Positions 9,752-17,046 of a stretch of DNA of 62,880 bases are shown here, piece after piece. The stretch is taken from contig CAZTRR010000002.1 of NCBI GenBank assembly GCA_964616785.1, positions 2,863 to 65,742 of the forward strand. Direction: 5' to 3'. The position numbers and the translations under genes were made by a program. Position 1 is the stretch's first letter. Each line of letters starts with the position of its first letter. The stretch is from an uncultured Dehalococcoidales bacterium. GTDB taxonomy: Bacteria; Chloroflexota; Dehalococcoidia; GIF9; UBA5629. Below the pieces are notes generated by a model that ran no database searches, was not told the DNA's origin, and saw nothing but the letters and a program-made list of their open reading frames with translations.

Positions 9752-9786
9752 CGGATTAGGCGAGTTCTGAGTTAGTCTATTTGGAT
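9752..9786 (+). repeat. intergenic motif copy A (CGGATTAGGCGAGTTCTGAGTTAGTCTATTTGGAT)
   Basis: About 85% identical to 12936-12969. Both copies sit just after a TATG(T/A)T -10-like box. Confidence 0.6.
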
Positions 9787-9905
9787 GCTAAGCGAAACGG
9801 TGGCAACCAGCGATGCCAGAAAGGAGGTGATCAGCAATGAAGTAGCTAGTTGTGGTCAAGTTAGGTGTATCGTTTTCACAAATCTAGATCGAAAGGAGGG
9901 TTCCG

Positions 9906-10331
9906 ATGTCAGCAGAAGAAAACAAGGCCATTCTCCACCATTACAATGAGGAGCTCTGGAACAAGGGGAACCTGGCCGTGGCAGACGAGGTTTTCGCCCC
10001 TGAGTGCATCACCCACGACCCCGCGAGTCCCGAGGTGATACGGGGACCTGAGGGGTACAAACAATTCGTCACCATATTCCGCAGCGCCATCCCCGATCTC
10101 CAACTCGCCATTGAGGACATTATTGCCGAAGGGGACAAGGTCATGTACCGCTGGACGAGTCGAGGCACACACAAAGGTGACTTTCTGGGCATTGCCCCTA
10201 CTGGCAAGCAGGTGATGATCACGGGGATGGGCATCGACCGCATCATTGGTGGCAAGGTCGTGGAAAGCTGGATGAACTACGACATGCTGGGTATGCTGCA
10301 ACAGCTTGGCGTTGTCCCTCCGGTGGGCTAG
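9906..10331 (+). CDS. SnoaL-like / ester-cyclase-family small protein
   Basis: 141 aa with strong SD gaaaggaggg. N-terminus NKAILHHYNEELWNKGNL and overall pattern are typical of SnoaL-like ester cyclases (by eye). Confidence 0.7.
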   Translation: MSAEENKAILHHYNEELWNKGNLAVADEVFAPECITHDPASPEVIRGPEGYKQFVTIFRSAIPDLQLAIEDIIAEGDKVMYRWTSRGTHKGDFLGIAPTGKQVMITGMGIDRIIGGKVVESWMNYDMLGMLQQLGVVPPVG

Positions 10332-10415
10332 GGCAGGGCGTAACCGCTGTAACCCAGCTGTCCGTTAAGGTAGGTTAGGAATAGGTCAAAGCTGGCTGCT
10401 GACACATCGCATAAC

Positions 10416-10443
10416 TCGGGCTTTGCGGTTTCGCAAAGCCCGA
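10416..10443 (+). terminator. 12-bp perfect hairpin downstream of the SnoaL-like gene (possible terminator or REP-like)
   Basis: TCGGGCTTTGCG, loop gttt, CGCAAAGCCCGA. It is followed by an A-run, not a T-run, so intrinsic-terminator status is uncertain. Confidence 0.3.
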
Positions 10444-10677
10444 AAACGCTAACCGCCATTATTGGCAACGGGGGCTTGCGACATGGCAGCGAAAGCGGTA
10501 GTTATCAAATCCTTTGCCTTGATTATCGCTGGCAGAATTGATGTTTTTGAGGGAGGAATTGAAGCCCTGGGCGCTATGTTGTATTCATTTCGGTGAGAAG
10601 GCGCTGAAAGGTGAGTCATATCAGGGCCGGCGGGTTTCCATGTACGTCTTACCTGAGACTGTCGGTAGGGGAAAGAG

Positions 10678-12012
10678 ATGAGCAAGACACTGCTGCTGAT
10701 CAACCCGGTTAATCCTCATCGAACAGGCCTGACGGTTAACCCAAGTTCCCGTTTTCCGCCGCTGGGACTGGGCATCGTGGCAGCATTAACCCCCGAGGAC
10801 TGGCAGGTGGAAATCGTTGACGAGAACTTCGAGCCCTTCGAGTACAAAGAGGCTGACTTGGTGGGTCTGACTGCCTTCACTGCCGCTATCAACAGGGCTT
10901 ATGAGATTGCCAGTCTGTATCGAGAAAGAGGGATACCAACGGCGTTAGGCGGAATCCACGCCTCGATGCTACCTGTGGAAGCTCTGGAGCACGTGGACAC
11001 GGTAGTCATTGGTGAAGCGGAAGGGGTTTGGACCAAAGTCATCGCCGATTTCGAAGCGGGTAAGGTTCAAACGACTTATCGCGCGGAATGGCCAGAGCTC
11101 AGGGGAATGCCCAAGCCGCGGCACGACCTCTTTCATCCTGACTACATGTTTGGTTCAATTCAGACCGCACGTGGTTGTCCCATGGACTGCGAGTTCTGTT
11201 CCGTTACCGCCTTCAACGGTCGTCGATACCGCCAGCGACCGGTGGAGGAAGTCCTGGACGAGCTAGAGACTATTCCGCAGAAAATGGTCTTCTTTGTGGA
11301 CGACAACATAATTGGCTATGGCAAGCAGGCTGCAGAGCGTGCTGTTGCTTTGTTCAAGGGGATGATTGAACGCGGAATCAAGAAGGATTGGTTCTGCCAG
11401 GCGTCGCTGAACTTCGCTGACAGCGATGATGTCCTCGAATACGCTGCGAAAAGCGGTTGTCGAATGGTTTTTCTGGGTGTCGAAGCAGAGGACAATGAGG
11501 CACTGGAAGAGGTGAACAAGAAGCTGAACCTCAAGATGGTGGATAGCTATGAGGAGGTCTTTCACCGCGTCAACAGGCACGGCATTGCGGTGCTGGGGGC
11601 CTTCATCTACGGCATGGATAACGATACGCCGGAAGCTTTGCGCCGACGTACTGATTACATTCTTGGCAGTGGGGTCGATGTAATGCAGACAACCCACCTG
11701 ACGCCACTGCCAGGGACGCGGCTGTTCAGTAAGCTGCAAGATGAGGAGCGGCTCCTTTACACCAATTTCCCGACTGATTGGGAGCACTACGATATGACGG
11801 AGGTCATACACCGGCCGCTGTCAATGACACCACAGGAGTTTGCGGAGGCGACGTCCGAAAGCAACCGCCGACTCATGAGCCGGTGGTCTATCTGGCGCAA
11901 GTTCGCCAAGACCTGGCGTGCCACCGGAAGCTTCGTCACCGCCATGTGGGCCTATAGCTCCAACATGAACTACCGTAATGTGGCTTTGGGGGCCAAGAAT
12001 CATGGCAACTGA
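10678..12012 (+). CDS. B12-binding-domain radical SAM protein (class B rSAM)
   Basis: 444 aa. N-terminal B12-binding-like Rossmann segment (LLLINPV...PPLGLGIVAA...GGIHAS) followed by the rSAM cluster motif CPMDCEFC. Confidence 0.85.
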   Translation: MSKTLLLINPVNPHRTGLTVNPSSRFPPLGLGIVAALTPEDWQVEIVDENFEPFEYKEADLVGLTAFTAAINRAYEIASLYRERGIPTALGGIHASMLPVEALEHVDTVVIGEAEGVWTKVIADFEAGKVQTTYRAEWPELRGMPKPRHDLFHPDYMFGSIQTARGCPMDCEFCSVTAFNGRRYRQRPVEEVLDELETIPQKMVFFVDDNIIGYGKQAAERAVALFKGMIERGIKKDWFCQASLNFADSDDVLEYAAKSGCRMVFLGVEAEDNEALEEVNKKLNLKMVDSYEEVFHRVNRHGIAVLGAFIYGMDNDTPEALRRRTDYILGSGVDVMQTTHLTPLPGTRLFSKLQDEERLLYTNFPTDWEHYDMTEVIHRPLSMTPQEFAEATSESNRRLMSRWSIWRKFAKTWRATGSFVTAMWAYSSNMNYRNVALGAKNHGN

Positions 12013-12269
12013 GCATGGAATTGGCGTTGAGTGTAGGGGATATGGTCAATTCACATTGGATAATTATGTACTTCGTAGTGCGGTACGGCCTGCTGCCTGC
12101 TGCCTGATAATATCGAGCTTTCACATTTCGTGGTTTCTACCATGGTCGGGACCGTCTTGACGGTCCTGATGACGGGAGTCTTTTTGCCCCACGGTGGTTG
12201 GGCAGAAGGAACGACTAATAGAAGGACGCTGTACACGATTTCGCCTAGCAGCGGAGGAGCAAGGCGGAC

Positions 12270-12794
12270 ATGAACGAAGAGAATAAGCTAGATATGACAT
12301 GTGTTCCTTATGCAAGGCGGGGGCTGTATCTCATATTGACGGTACCAATTATGATTCTGATGCTTGCCTTAGCTGTCTATCTGTGGTCGTTTAGTGTTGC
12401 CGTATCGATAACCTTCATTGCTTTCTACGTTCTGGCGAACGTCTTTCAAGCTTATTGCTGTGCTTATCAAGACTGCCCCTATATTGGAGGATTCTGCCCT
12501 GCAATTGCTGGAATAATTCCTTCGAGTATCATAGCAAGGAAGTTCTTCCCTGGGACAATGAGGAAATCAAAGACACTATTCAATTTGTGCGCAACCGTCG
12601 CCTTCTGTTGCCTGTTGGGCCTGGTTATTCTCCCATTGTTTTGGATCGCAAGGGCGAGTGTTGTGTTAGCTATAGCCTATCCAGTATTGATCACCGTCTA
12701 TGTATTCGTATTCCTATCACAGATTTGCCCGGCTTGCGCCATAAGAAACACGTGTCCTGCAGGAAGACTGCAATACACAATGTTCAAAAGATAG
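12270..12794 (+). CDS. Cys-motif polytopic membrane protein, unknown family (paralog of 15535-16224)
   Basis: 174 aa, SD gcggaggag, 4-5 hydrophobic helices. Motifs CAYQDCPY and CPACAIRNTCP. GC is lower than in the flanks. Confidence 0.6.
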   Translation: MNEENKLDMTCVPYARRGLYLILTVPIMILMLALAVYLWSFSVAVSITFIAFYVLANVFQAYCCAYQDCPYIGGFCPAIAGIIPSSIIARKFFPGTMRKSKTLFNLCATVAFCCLLGLVILPLFWIARASVVLAIAYPVLITVYVFVFLSQICPACAIRNTCPAGRLQYTMFKR

Positions 12795-12801
12795 ACTTCG
12801 C

Positions 12802-12822
12802 GCGCAACATAAGTTGCGCTTT
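12802..12822 (+). terminator. candidate intrinsic terminator after the membrane-protein gene
   Basis: GCGCAAC, loop ataa, GTTGCGC, then TTT. It starts 8 nt after the stop codon. Confidence 0.4.
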
Positions 12823-12935
12823 GCGGCTTCCTTTCCCTTCGCTCAATAGAAGGTAAGAGATGATGCGAAACCTGCACAGCAGCGCCCATAGAATGTGCGG
12901 TGGCATCGGTCGAATGTCGGCTGGATATGATGATC

Positions 12936-12969
12936 CGGATTAGGCCAGGTCTGAGTTCGTCTATCTGAT
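12936..12969 (+). repeat. intergenic motif copy B (CGGATTAGGCCAGGTCTGAGTTCGTCTATCTGAT)
   Basis: Second copy of the 9752-9786 motif. Preceded by TATGAT (12926-12931) and located 43 nt upstream of the rSAM start at 13012. Confidence 0.6.
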
Positions 12970-13011
12970 CGTATATGGGGTCGTTTCGCTTTGATGGATT
13001 GGGGGTGTAGC

Positions 13012-13914
13012 ATGTTGACTGGAGTTCATTTTCTGTTGACTTATGCGTGCACCATGGAATGCGACCACTGTTTTCTGTATAGCGGTCCAAACGCGAAGGG
13101 GACCTTTACCCTGGTTCAGATTAGGAATGTCCTCGATGAACTGATCAAGATTGGAACAATAGAGCAGGTGTATTTTGAAGGTGGGGAACCATTTATGTTC
13201 TACCCACTGATGGTTGAAGGGGTCAGGCTTTCTCGTGATATGGGATTCAAGACCGGCGTGGTAACAAATGCGTATTGGGCAACGTCCGAGGAAGACGCTG
13301 AGCTTTGGCTTCGCCCCTTTCGGGAATTAGAGGTGTCTGACCTTAGCGTAAGTGACGACTTGTTTCACCATGAAGATGGAAAGGACCTTCCGGCCAGATG
13401 TGCCGCACAGGCAGCGAGAAGACTAGGCATGTCAGTGAATTCGATTTGCATTGAGACACCCACGGTCAAGCCAGCTAAAGATAAGGAACGAGACAGAGGA
13501 GCGTCGGTCACCGGTGGTGGTGCTATGCTCAGGGGAAGAGCGGTTGAGAAGCTGGTGGAAGGGCTTCCGAGAAGACGGTGGGACGAATTGACGGAATGCC
13601 CATACGAGGACCTTGAGAAACCCAAGAGGGTACACCTCGACCCGTACGGCAATGTTCATCTCTGCCAAGGGCTGAGTATGGGCAACATGTGGGAGACTCC
13701 GCTGTCAAAGCTAGTGAAGAACTACGATGCTGACTCGCACCCGGTCTGTGGGCCTTTGGTCAGAGGAGGGCCGGCTCTTCTGACGAAAGAATACGGCGTT
13801 AGACACGATGAAGAGTATGTGGATGCCTGCCATCTGTGCTACCTTGTTCGCCTGGCTCTGGTAGATAGATTCCCACAATACCTGGCACCCAGGCAGGTTT
13901 ACGGATTGGAATAA
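13012..13914 (+). CDS. radical SAM protein with Cys-rich SPASM/twitch-like C-terminal region
   Basis: CTMECDHC (CxxxCxxC) at the N-terminus. The C-terminal third contains VHLDPYGNVHLCQGLSMGNMWE, PVCGP and DACHLC. ATG 13012 (SD gggggtg) is preferred; alternative starts are 12991 and 12994. Confidence 0.8.
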   Translation: MLTGVHFLLTYACTMECDHCFLYSGPNAKGTFTLVQIRNVLDELIKIGTIEQVYFEGGEPFMFYPLMVEGVRLSRDMGFKTGVVTNAYWATSEEDAELWLRPFRELEVSDLSVSDDLFHHEDGKDLPARCAAQAARRLGMSVNSICIETPTVKPAKDKERDRGASVTGGGAMLRGRAVEKLVEGLPRRRWDELTECPYEDLEKPKRVHLDPYGNVHLCQGLSMGNMWETPLSKLVKNYDADSHPVCGPLVRGGPALLTKEYGVRHDEEYVDACHLCYLVRLALVDRFPQYLAPRQVYGLE

Positions 13915-14041
13915 CCCTCGGCGGCCTCCCGCGGCGGTGAGGTGGCGAACAGAACCCGGGAAGGAGAAGGAACAAATACATGGGCGGTTGGCAAAGCTTG
14001 AGAATGTTGGCCTCCATCATGGTCAAAAAGGATGGCGGGAG

Positions 14042-14764
14042 ATGAATACCATCGCGTCAATGAACAGGATTCAATGTGTGAAGCTGGGGTTTACGAATTG
14101 CTATGTATTGAAATGCAAGGGTGGGTTTTTGCTAATCGATACCAGCTATCCGGGGATGTACAAGTCATTTGTGAGACAATTGAAGAAGATGAACATTGAT
14201 GTCACTGACGTAAGATACTTGCTGTTGACTCACCATCATGATGACCATGCTGGTTTTGCGGCTGAGCTTGTGAAGAACACTGACGCCAGAGTACTGGTCC
14301 ATCGAAAGGGATTGCCTTTCTTGCAGAAAGGGGAAACGGAGAACACGTCGAAACCTGTGAACGCATGTCTGACTGTTCTCGCCTGGTTTCTCTCCCGATT
14401 TCACAAGTATACGTATCCCCCGATTAAGCTTACTAAAACCGACCATTTAATAGACGGCGATGATTTCGAGCTGCTGAACAGAATTGGAATTGATGGGGTG
14501 ATACTACACACACCGGGACACACGGAAGATTCTATCTCAGTCTTATTGCCGGATGGCAAGGCGATTGTCGGAGATGCGGCAATGGATTTCATGAATATCT
14601 GCCGTACCAGACACAGACCCATAGTGCTGCAGGACATCGATGAGGTGTACAGGAGTTGGGAGAAACTGGCGGAGCATGGAGCGAAAGAAATCTACCCTGC
14701 TCACGGAAAACCGTTTGGCATCCAAGAGCTGGTTTCATATAAGAGGAAAAGAAACAGGAAATAG
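14042..14764 (+). CDS. MBL-fold metallo-hydrolase
   Basis: HxHxDH motif (LLTHHHDDHAG) with later HTPGHT and D/H ligands. ATG 14042 is preferred over the ORF-track start at 13937. GC is low. Confidence 0.85.
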   Translation: MNTIASMNRIQCVKLGFTNCYVLKCKGGFLLIDTSYPGMYKSFVRQLKKMNIDVTDVRYLLLTHHHDDHAGFAAELVKNTDARVLVHRKGLPFLQKGETENTSKPVNACLTVLAWFLSRFHKYTYPPIKLTKTDHLIDGDDFELLNRIGIDGVILHTPGHTEDSISVLLPDGKAIVGDAAMDFMNICRTRHRPIVLQDIDEVYRSWEKLAEHGAKEIYPAHGKPFGIQELVSYKRKRNRK

Positions 14765-14848
14765 GCGGTAGCTTGGGCAGGCGGACTTCGGCAGTTTCGC
14801 CAGAGCCGAAGGACGTCAGCCGTGTTATCGGCCAGGGAGGACTGTAAT

Positions 14849-15463
14849 ATGGCAACGAAACGCGTAGTTATCAAGTTCTTTGCCCCGGTCATCGATGGCA
14901 CAATCAATGCCTTGATGGACGCGATTGACCAGAAGATGCGACAGGGTGTCAGCGAAATCGATATTCTCATTTCATCTCCCGGTGGTTCCGTCTTCCACGG
15001 GCTATCGGCTTACAACTATCTGAAAGGCTTACCTGTGGCTGTGACCACGCATAATTTTGGCAGTGTCGACTCAATTGGGGTTGTCCTGTTCTGTGGAGGC
15101 AGCAGGAGGCTGTCAGTCCCTCAGGCAAGGTTCTTGCTTCACGGCGTAAGCGCTGGTTTTCAACAAAACGAGCGTTTGGAGGAGAAGCAACTTGAGGAGA
15201 GGCTGAAAGGGCTGCGGATAGATATAGAGAATATCGCCAAGGTCATAGCGGCGAATACCGGGAAGGCGGTCGAAGATGTTACAGGTGCTATGCTTGAGAG
15301 GATTACGTTGAATCCGGAGGAAGCCAAAGCCTGGGGCCTAGTTCACGAAATCAAGTCCGAGCTATTTGAGGCAGGCTCCGAAGTCATATCCATACAGTAT
15401 CAGCCCAAGGCAGAGACAGGAATACCGCCGAATATGCCGCCGCGGCCCGCTCAGCCTGCCTAG
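14849..15463 (+). CDS. ClpP-like (S14-type fold) serine peptidase, stand-alone, with Pro-rich tail
   Basis: ISSPGGSV, GSVDSIG and LLHGV align by eye with the ClpP INSPGGSV, AASMG and HQP blocks. ATG 14849 has SD gggagga. C-terminus is PPNMPPRPAQPA. Confidence 0.65.
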   Translation: MATKRVVIKFFAPVIDGTINALMDAIDQKMRQGVSEIDILISSPGGSVFHGLSAYNYLKGLPVAVTTHNFGSVDSIGVVLFCGGSRRLSVPQARFLLHGVSAGFQQNERLEEKQLEERLKGLRIDIENIAKVIAANTGKAVEDVTGAMLERITLNPEEAKAWGLVHEIKSELFEAGSEVISIQYQPKAETGIPPNMPPRPAQPA

Positions 15464-15534
15464 GAGATGCGGCATGGGGCAAGGTTCGGGGATGTCTATA
15501 GGCGATTAGAGAAACCAGAGGAGGCCGGGAAGCC

Positions 15535-16224
15535 ATGAGCACCAGGAATCCGTACAACATCTGTACCTGGAACGAAGAGTCAGGCTGTATCGATTGTGAC
15601 CTGAAAGGCAAACTGAATTGCAGGCTCAACACCAGGGACTTCACGTTTTTCATGCTGAATCAAGTGCCTTCTCTGGTTATGGCACTGTTTGGGCTGGTAC
15701 TGATAGGACTTCTGGCAGGGGCGTGGTGGCCGCTGATAGTCTATGCGGTTGGCTGCATTGCCCTCTGGGGGTTGGGTATCGAAACGCGTATCCTTTGCTC
15801 ACACTGTCCGTACTGGGCCGAAGATGGCAAGACGCTCCACTGCTGGGCGCTCACCGGGTCACCCAAAGTGTGGCGATACAGGCCTGAACCAATGAACAAG
15901 CTGGAGAAAACGCTTTTGGTTTTCTTCTTTTCGTTTGTGGTGCTCTTCCCGGTGCTTGCGGAGGCCTATGGAATCTGGCTTATGGCCGCTAGTTACGCCG
16001 AATTCGGGTTATATGCCCTTCTGGGGATGATTGGTGTTACGATTGCGACTCTCCTGGCAGGGCTTCAGTTCCTGTACATCCTCATGTACTACTTCTGCTC
16101 CAGGTGTGTGAACTTCTCCTGCCCTCTAAACCGCGTTGCCAAGTCTACTGTTGACGAATACCTCGAGAGGAACCCCGTGATGAGAGAAGCCTGGGAAAGA
16201 AGCGGATACAGGCTGGGAGAGTGA
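15535..16224 (+). CDS. Cys-motif polytopic membrane protein, unknown family (paralog of 12270-12794)
   Basis: 229 aa, SD agaggagg. N-terminal Cys cluster (CTWNEESGCIDCDLKGKLNC), then CSHCPYW, and CSRCVNFSCP after the last hydrophobic helix. Confidence 0.6.
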   Translation: MSTRNPYNICTWNEESGCIDCDLKGKLNCRLNTRDFTFFMLNQVPSLVMALFGLVLIGLLAGAWWPLIVYAVGCIALWGLGIETRILCSHCPYWAEDGKTLHCWALTGSPKVWRYRPEPMNKLEKTLLVFFFSFVVLFPVLAEAYGIWLMAASYAEFGLYALLGMIGVTIATLLAGLQFLYILMYYFCSRCVNFSCPLNRVAKSTVDEYLERNPVMREAWERSGYRLGE

Positions 16225-16249
16225 CGAACGGATCGATGATTGAGAGACT

Positions 16250-16939
16250 TTGGGCGACAGTCCAGCAGTTGATGAGAGGCGAACTGGGAGAGACAACGTG
16301 CAACTAATAAAAGTTGTACTAATAGCAATTCTGGGGCTTCTTCTCTTGCACCAGGTTGTGATGAGGATAGTCAGGAAGCTGGTTCATTTTCCGGCACCGG
16401 CTTTCATCGGTCGTTTCTTGGACAGCAACTACAGAAGAAAACTCCAACCGCCTGACAAGATAATACAGCGCAGCGGAATCACGAAAGGGATGCGTGTTTT
16501 GGAGGTTGGGTGTGGGAGTGGAGCCTATACTACTTTCGTTGCCAGGGCCGTTGGGGAAGAGGGAAAAGTGTATGCTCTTGATATTCAGCCGGAGATGCTG
16601 CAGCAGTTGGAGCACAAGCTAGCCAAACCCGAAAACGAAGATATCAAGAATATCGAACTCGTCAACAGCAGTGCCTATGATTTGCCGTTCGATGACGGCT
16701 CTCTCGACTTAGTATATATGGTAACCGTTCTCCAAGAAATACCCGACCGGAGCAAAGCTCTACAACAGGTTAGAAGAGTGCTCAAGCCGGGTGGAGTTCT
16801 TGCCGTAACCGAATGGCTGGTTGACCCTGACTACCCCTGGAAATCTACCACCATCAGGCTAGGTAGGGAGGCCGGTTTTCATCTAGACGAGGCATTGGGG
16901 AACTTCTGGCAGTACACTGTGAGGTTCAGGAAACCGTGA
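16250..16939 (+). CDS. class I SAM-dependent methyltransferase with N-terminal TM helix
   Basis: VLEVGCGSGAYT SAM motif. N-terminal hydrophobic helix IKVVLIAILGLLLLHQVV. The true start may be GTG 16295 (SD gggagag). Confidence 0.8.
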   Translation: MGDSPAVDERRTGRDNVQLIKVVLIAILGLLLLHQVVMRIVRKLVHFPAPAFIGRFLDSNYRRKLQPPDKIIQRSGITKGMRVLEVGCGSGAYTTFVARAVGEEGKVYALDIQPEMLQQLEHKLAKPENEDIKNIELVNSSAYDLPFDDGSLDLVYMVTVLQEIPDRSKALQQVRRVLKPGGVLAVTEWLVDPDYPWKSTTIRLGREAGFHLDEALGNFWQYTVRFRKP

Positions 16940-16940
16940 G

Positions 16941-16966
16941 ATTGCTTCGCTTCGCTCGCAATGACG
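16941..16966 (-). repeat. REP-like element (CGTCATTGCGAGCGAAGCGAAGCAAT on the minus strand)
   Basis: 19 of 26 positions match the left arm of the nuoL-nuoM inverted repeat (33740-33765), in opposite orientation. It contains an internal ATTGC...GCAAT stem. Confidence 0.5.
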
Positions 16967-17008
16967 AACTAGAATTCTCACTCGTGGATTCATGTGGCAT
17001 GTGTGGCA

Positions 17009-17038
17009 TCGAAAAGTGATTCTCGGCCGTGTTAGAAT
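17009..17038 (+). promoter_or_regulatory. candidate promoter of yggS-proC
   Basis: TCGAAA, 18-nt spacer, extended -10 TGtTAGAAT (TAGAAT at 17033-17038). The GTG start at 17047 lies 8 nt downstream. Confidence 0.4.
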
Positions 17039-17046
17039 AGAGGGCA

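Noticed and set aside
10332-10677. A cobalamin riboswitch upstream of the B12-binding rSAM gene (and upstream of the corrinoid protein at 45904-45979).
   Set aside because: I could not find a B12-box-like (…AGYCMGGAGACCKGCC…) element or the expected multi-stem architecture by eye. The 45.9-kb spacer is only 76 nt. A covariance-model scan would be needed to exclude it formally.
12142-12273. 43-codon ORF (MVGTVLTVLMTGVFLPHGGWAEG...) between the B12-rSAM and the first Cys-motif membrane gene. It ends in an ATGA overlap.
   Set aside because: There is no SD. It spans a GGACCGTC/GACGGTCC palindrome that looks more like an RNA or terminator element, and the sequence is low-information. I judge it less credible than the three short ORFs reported as a finding.
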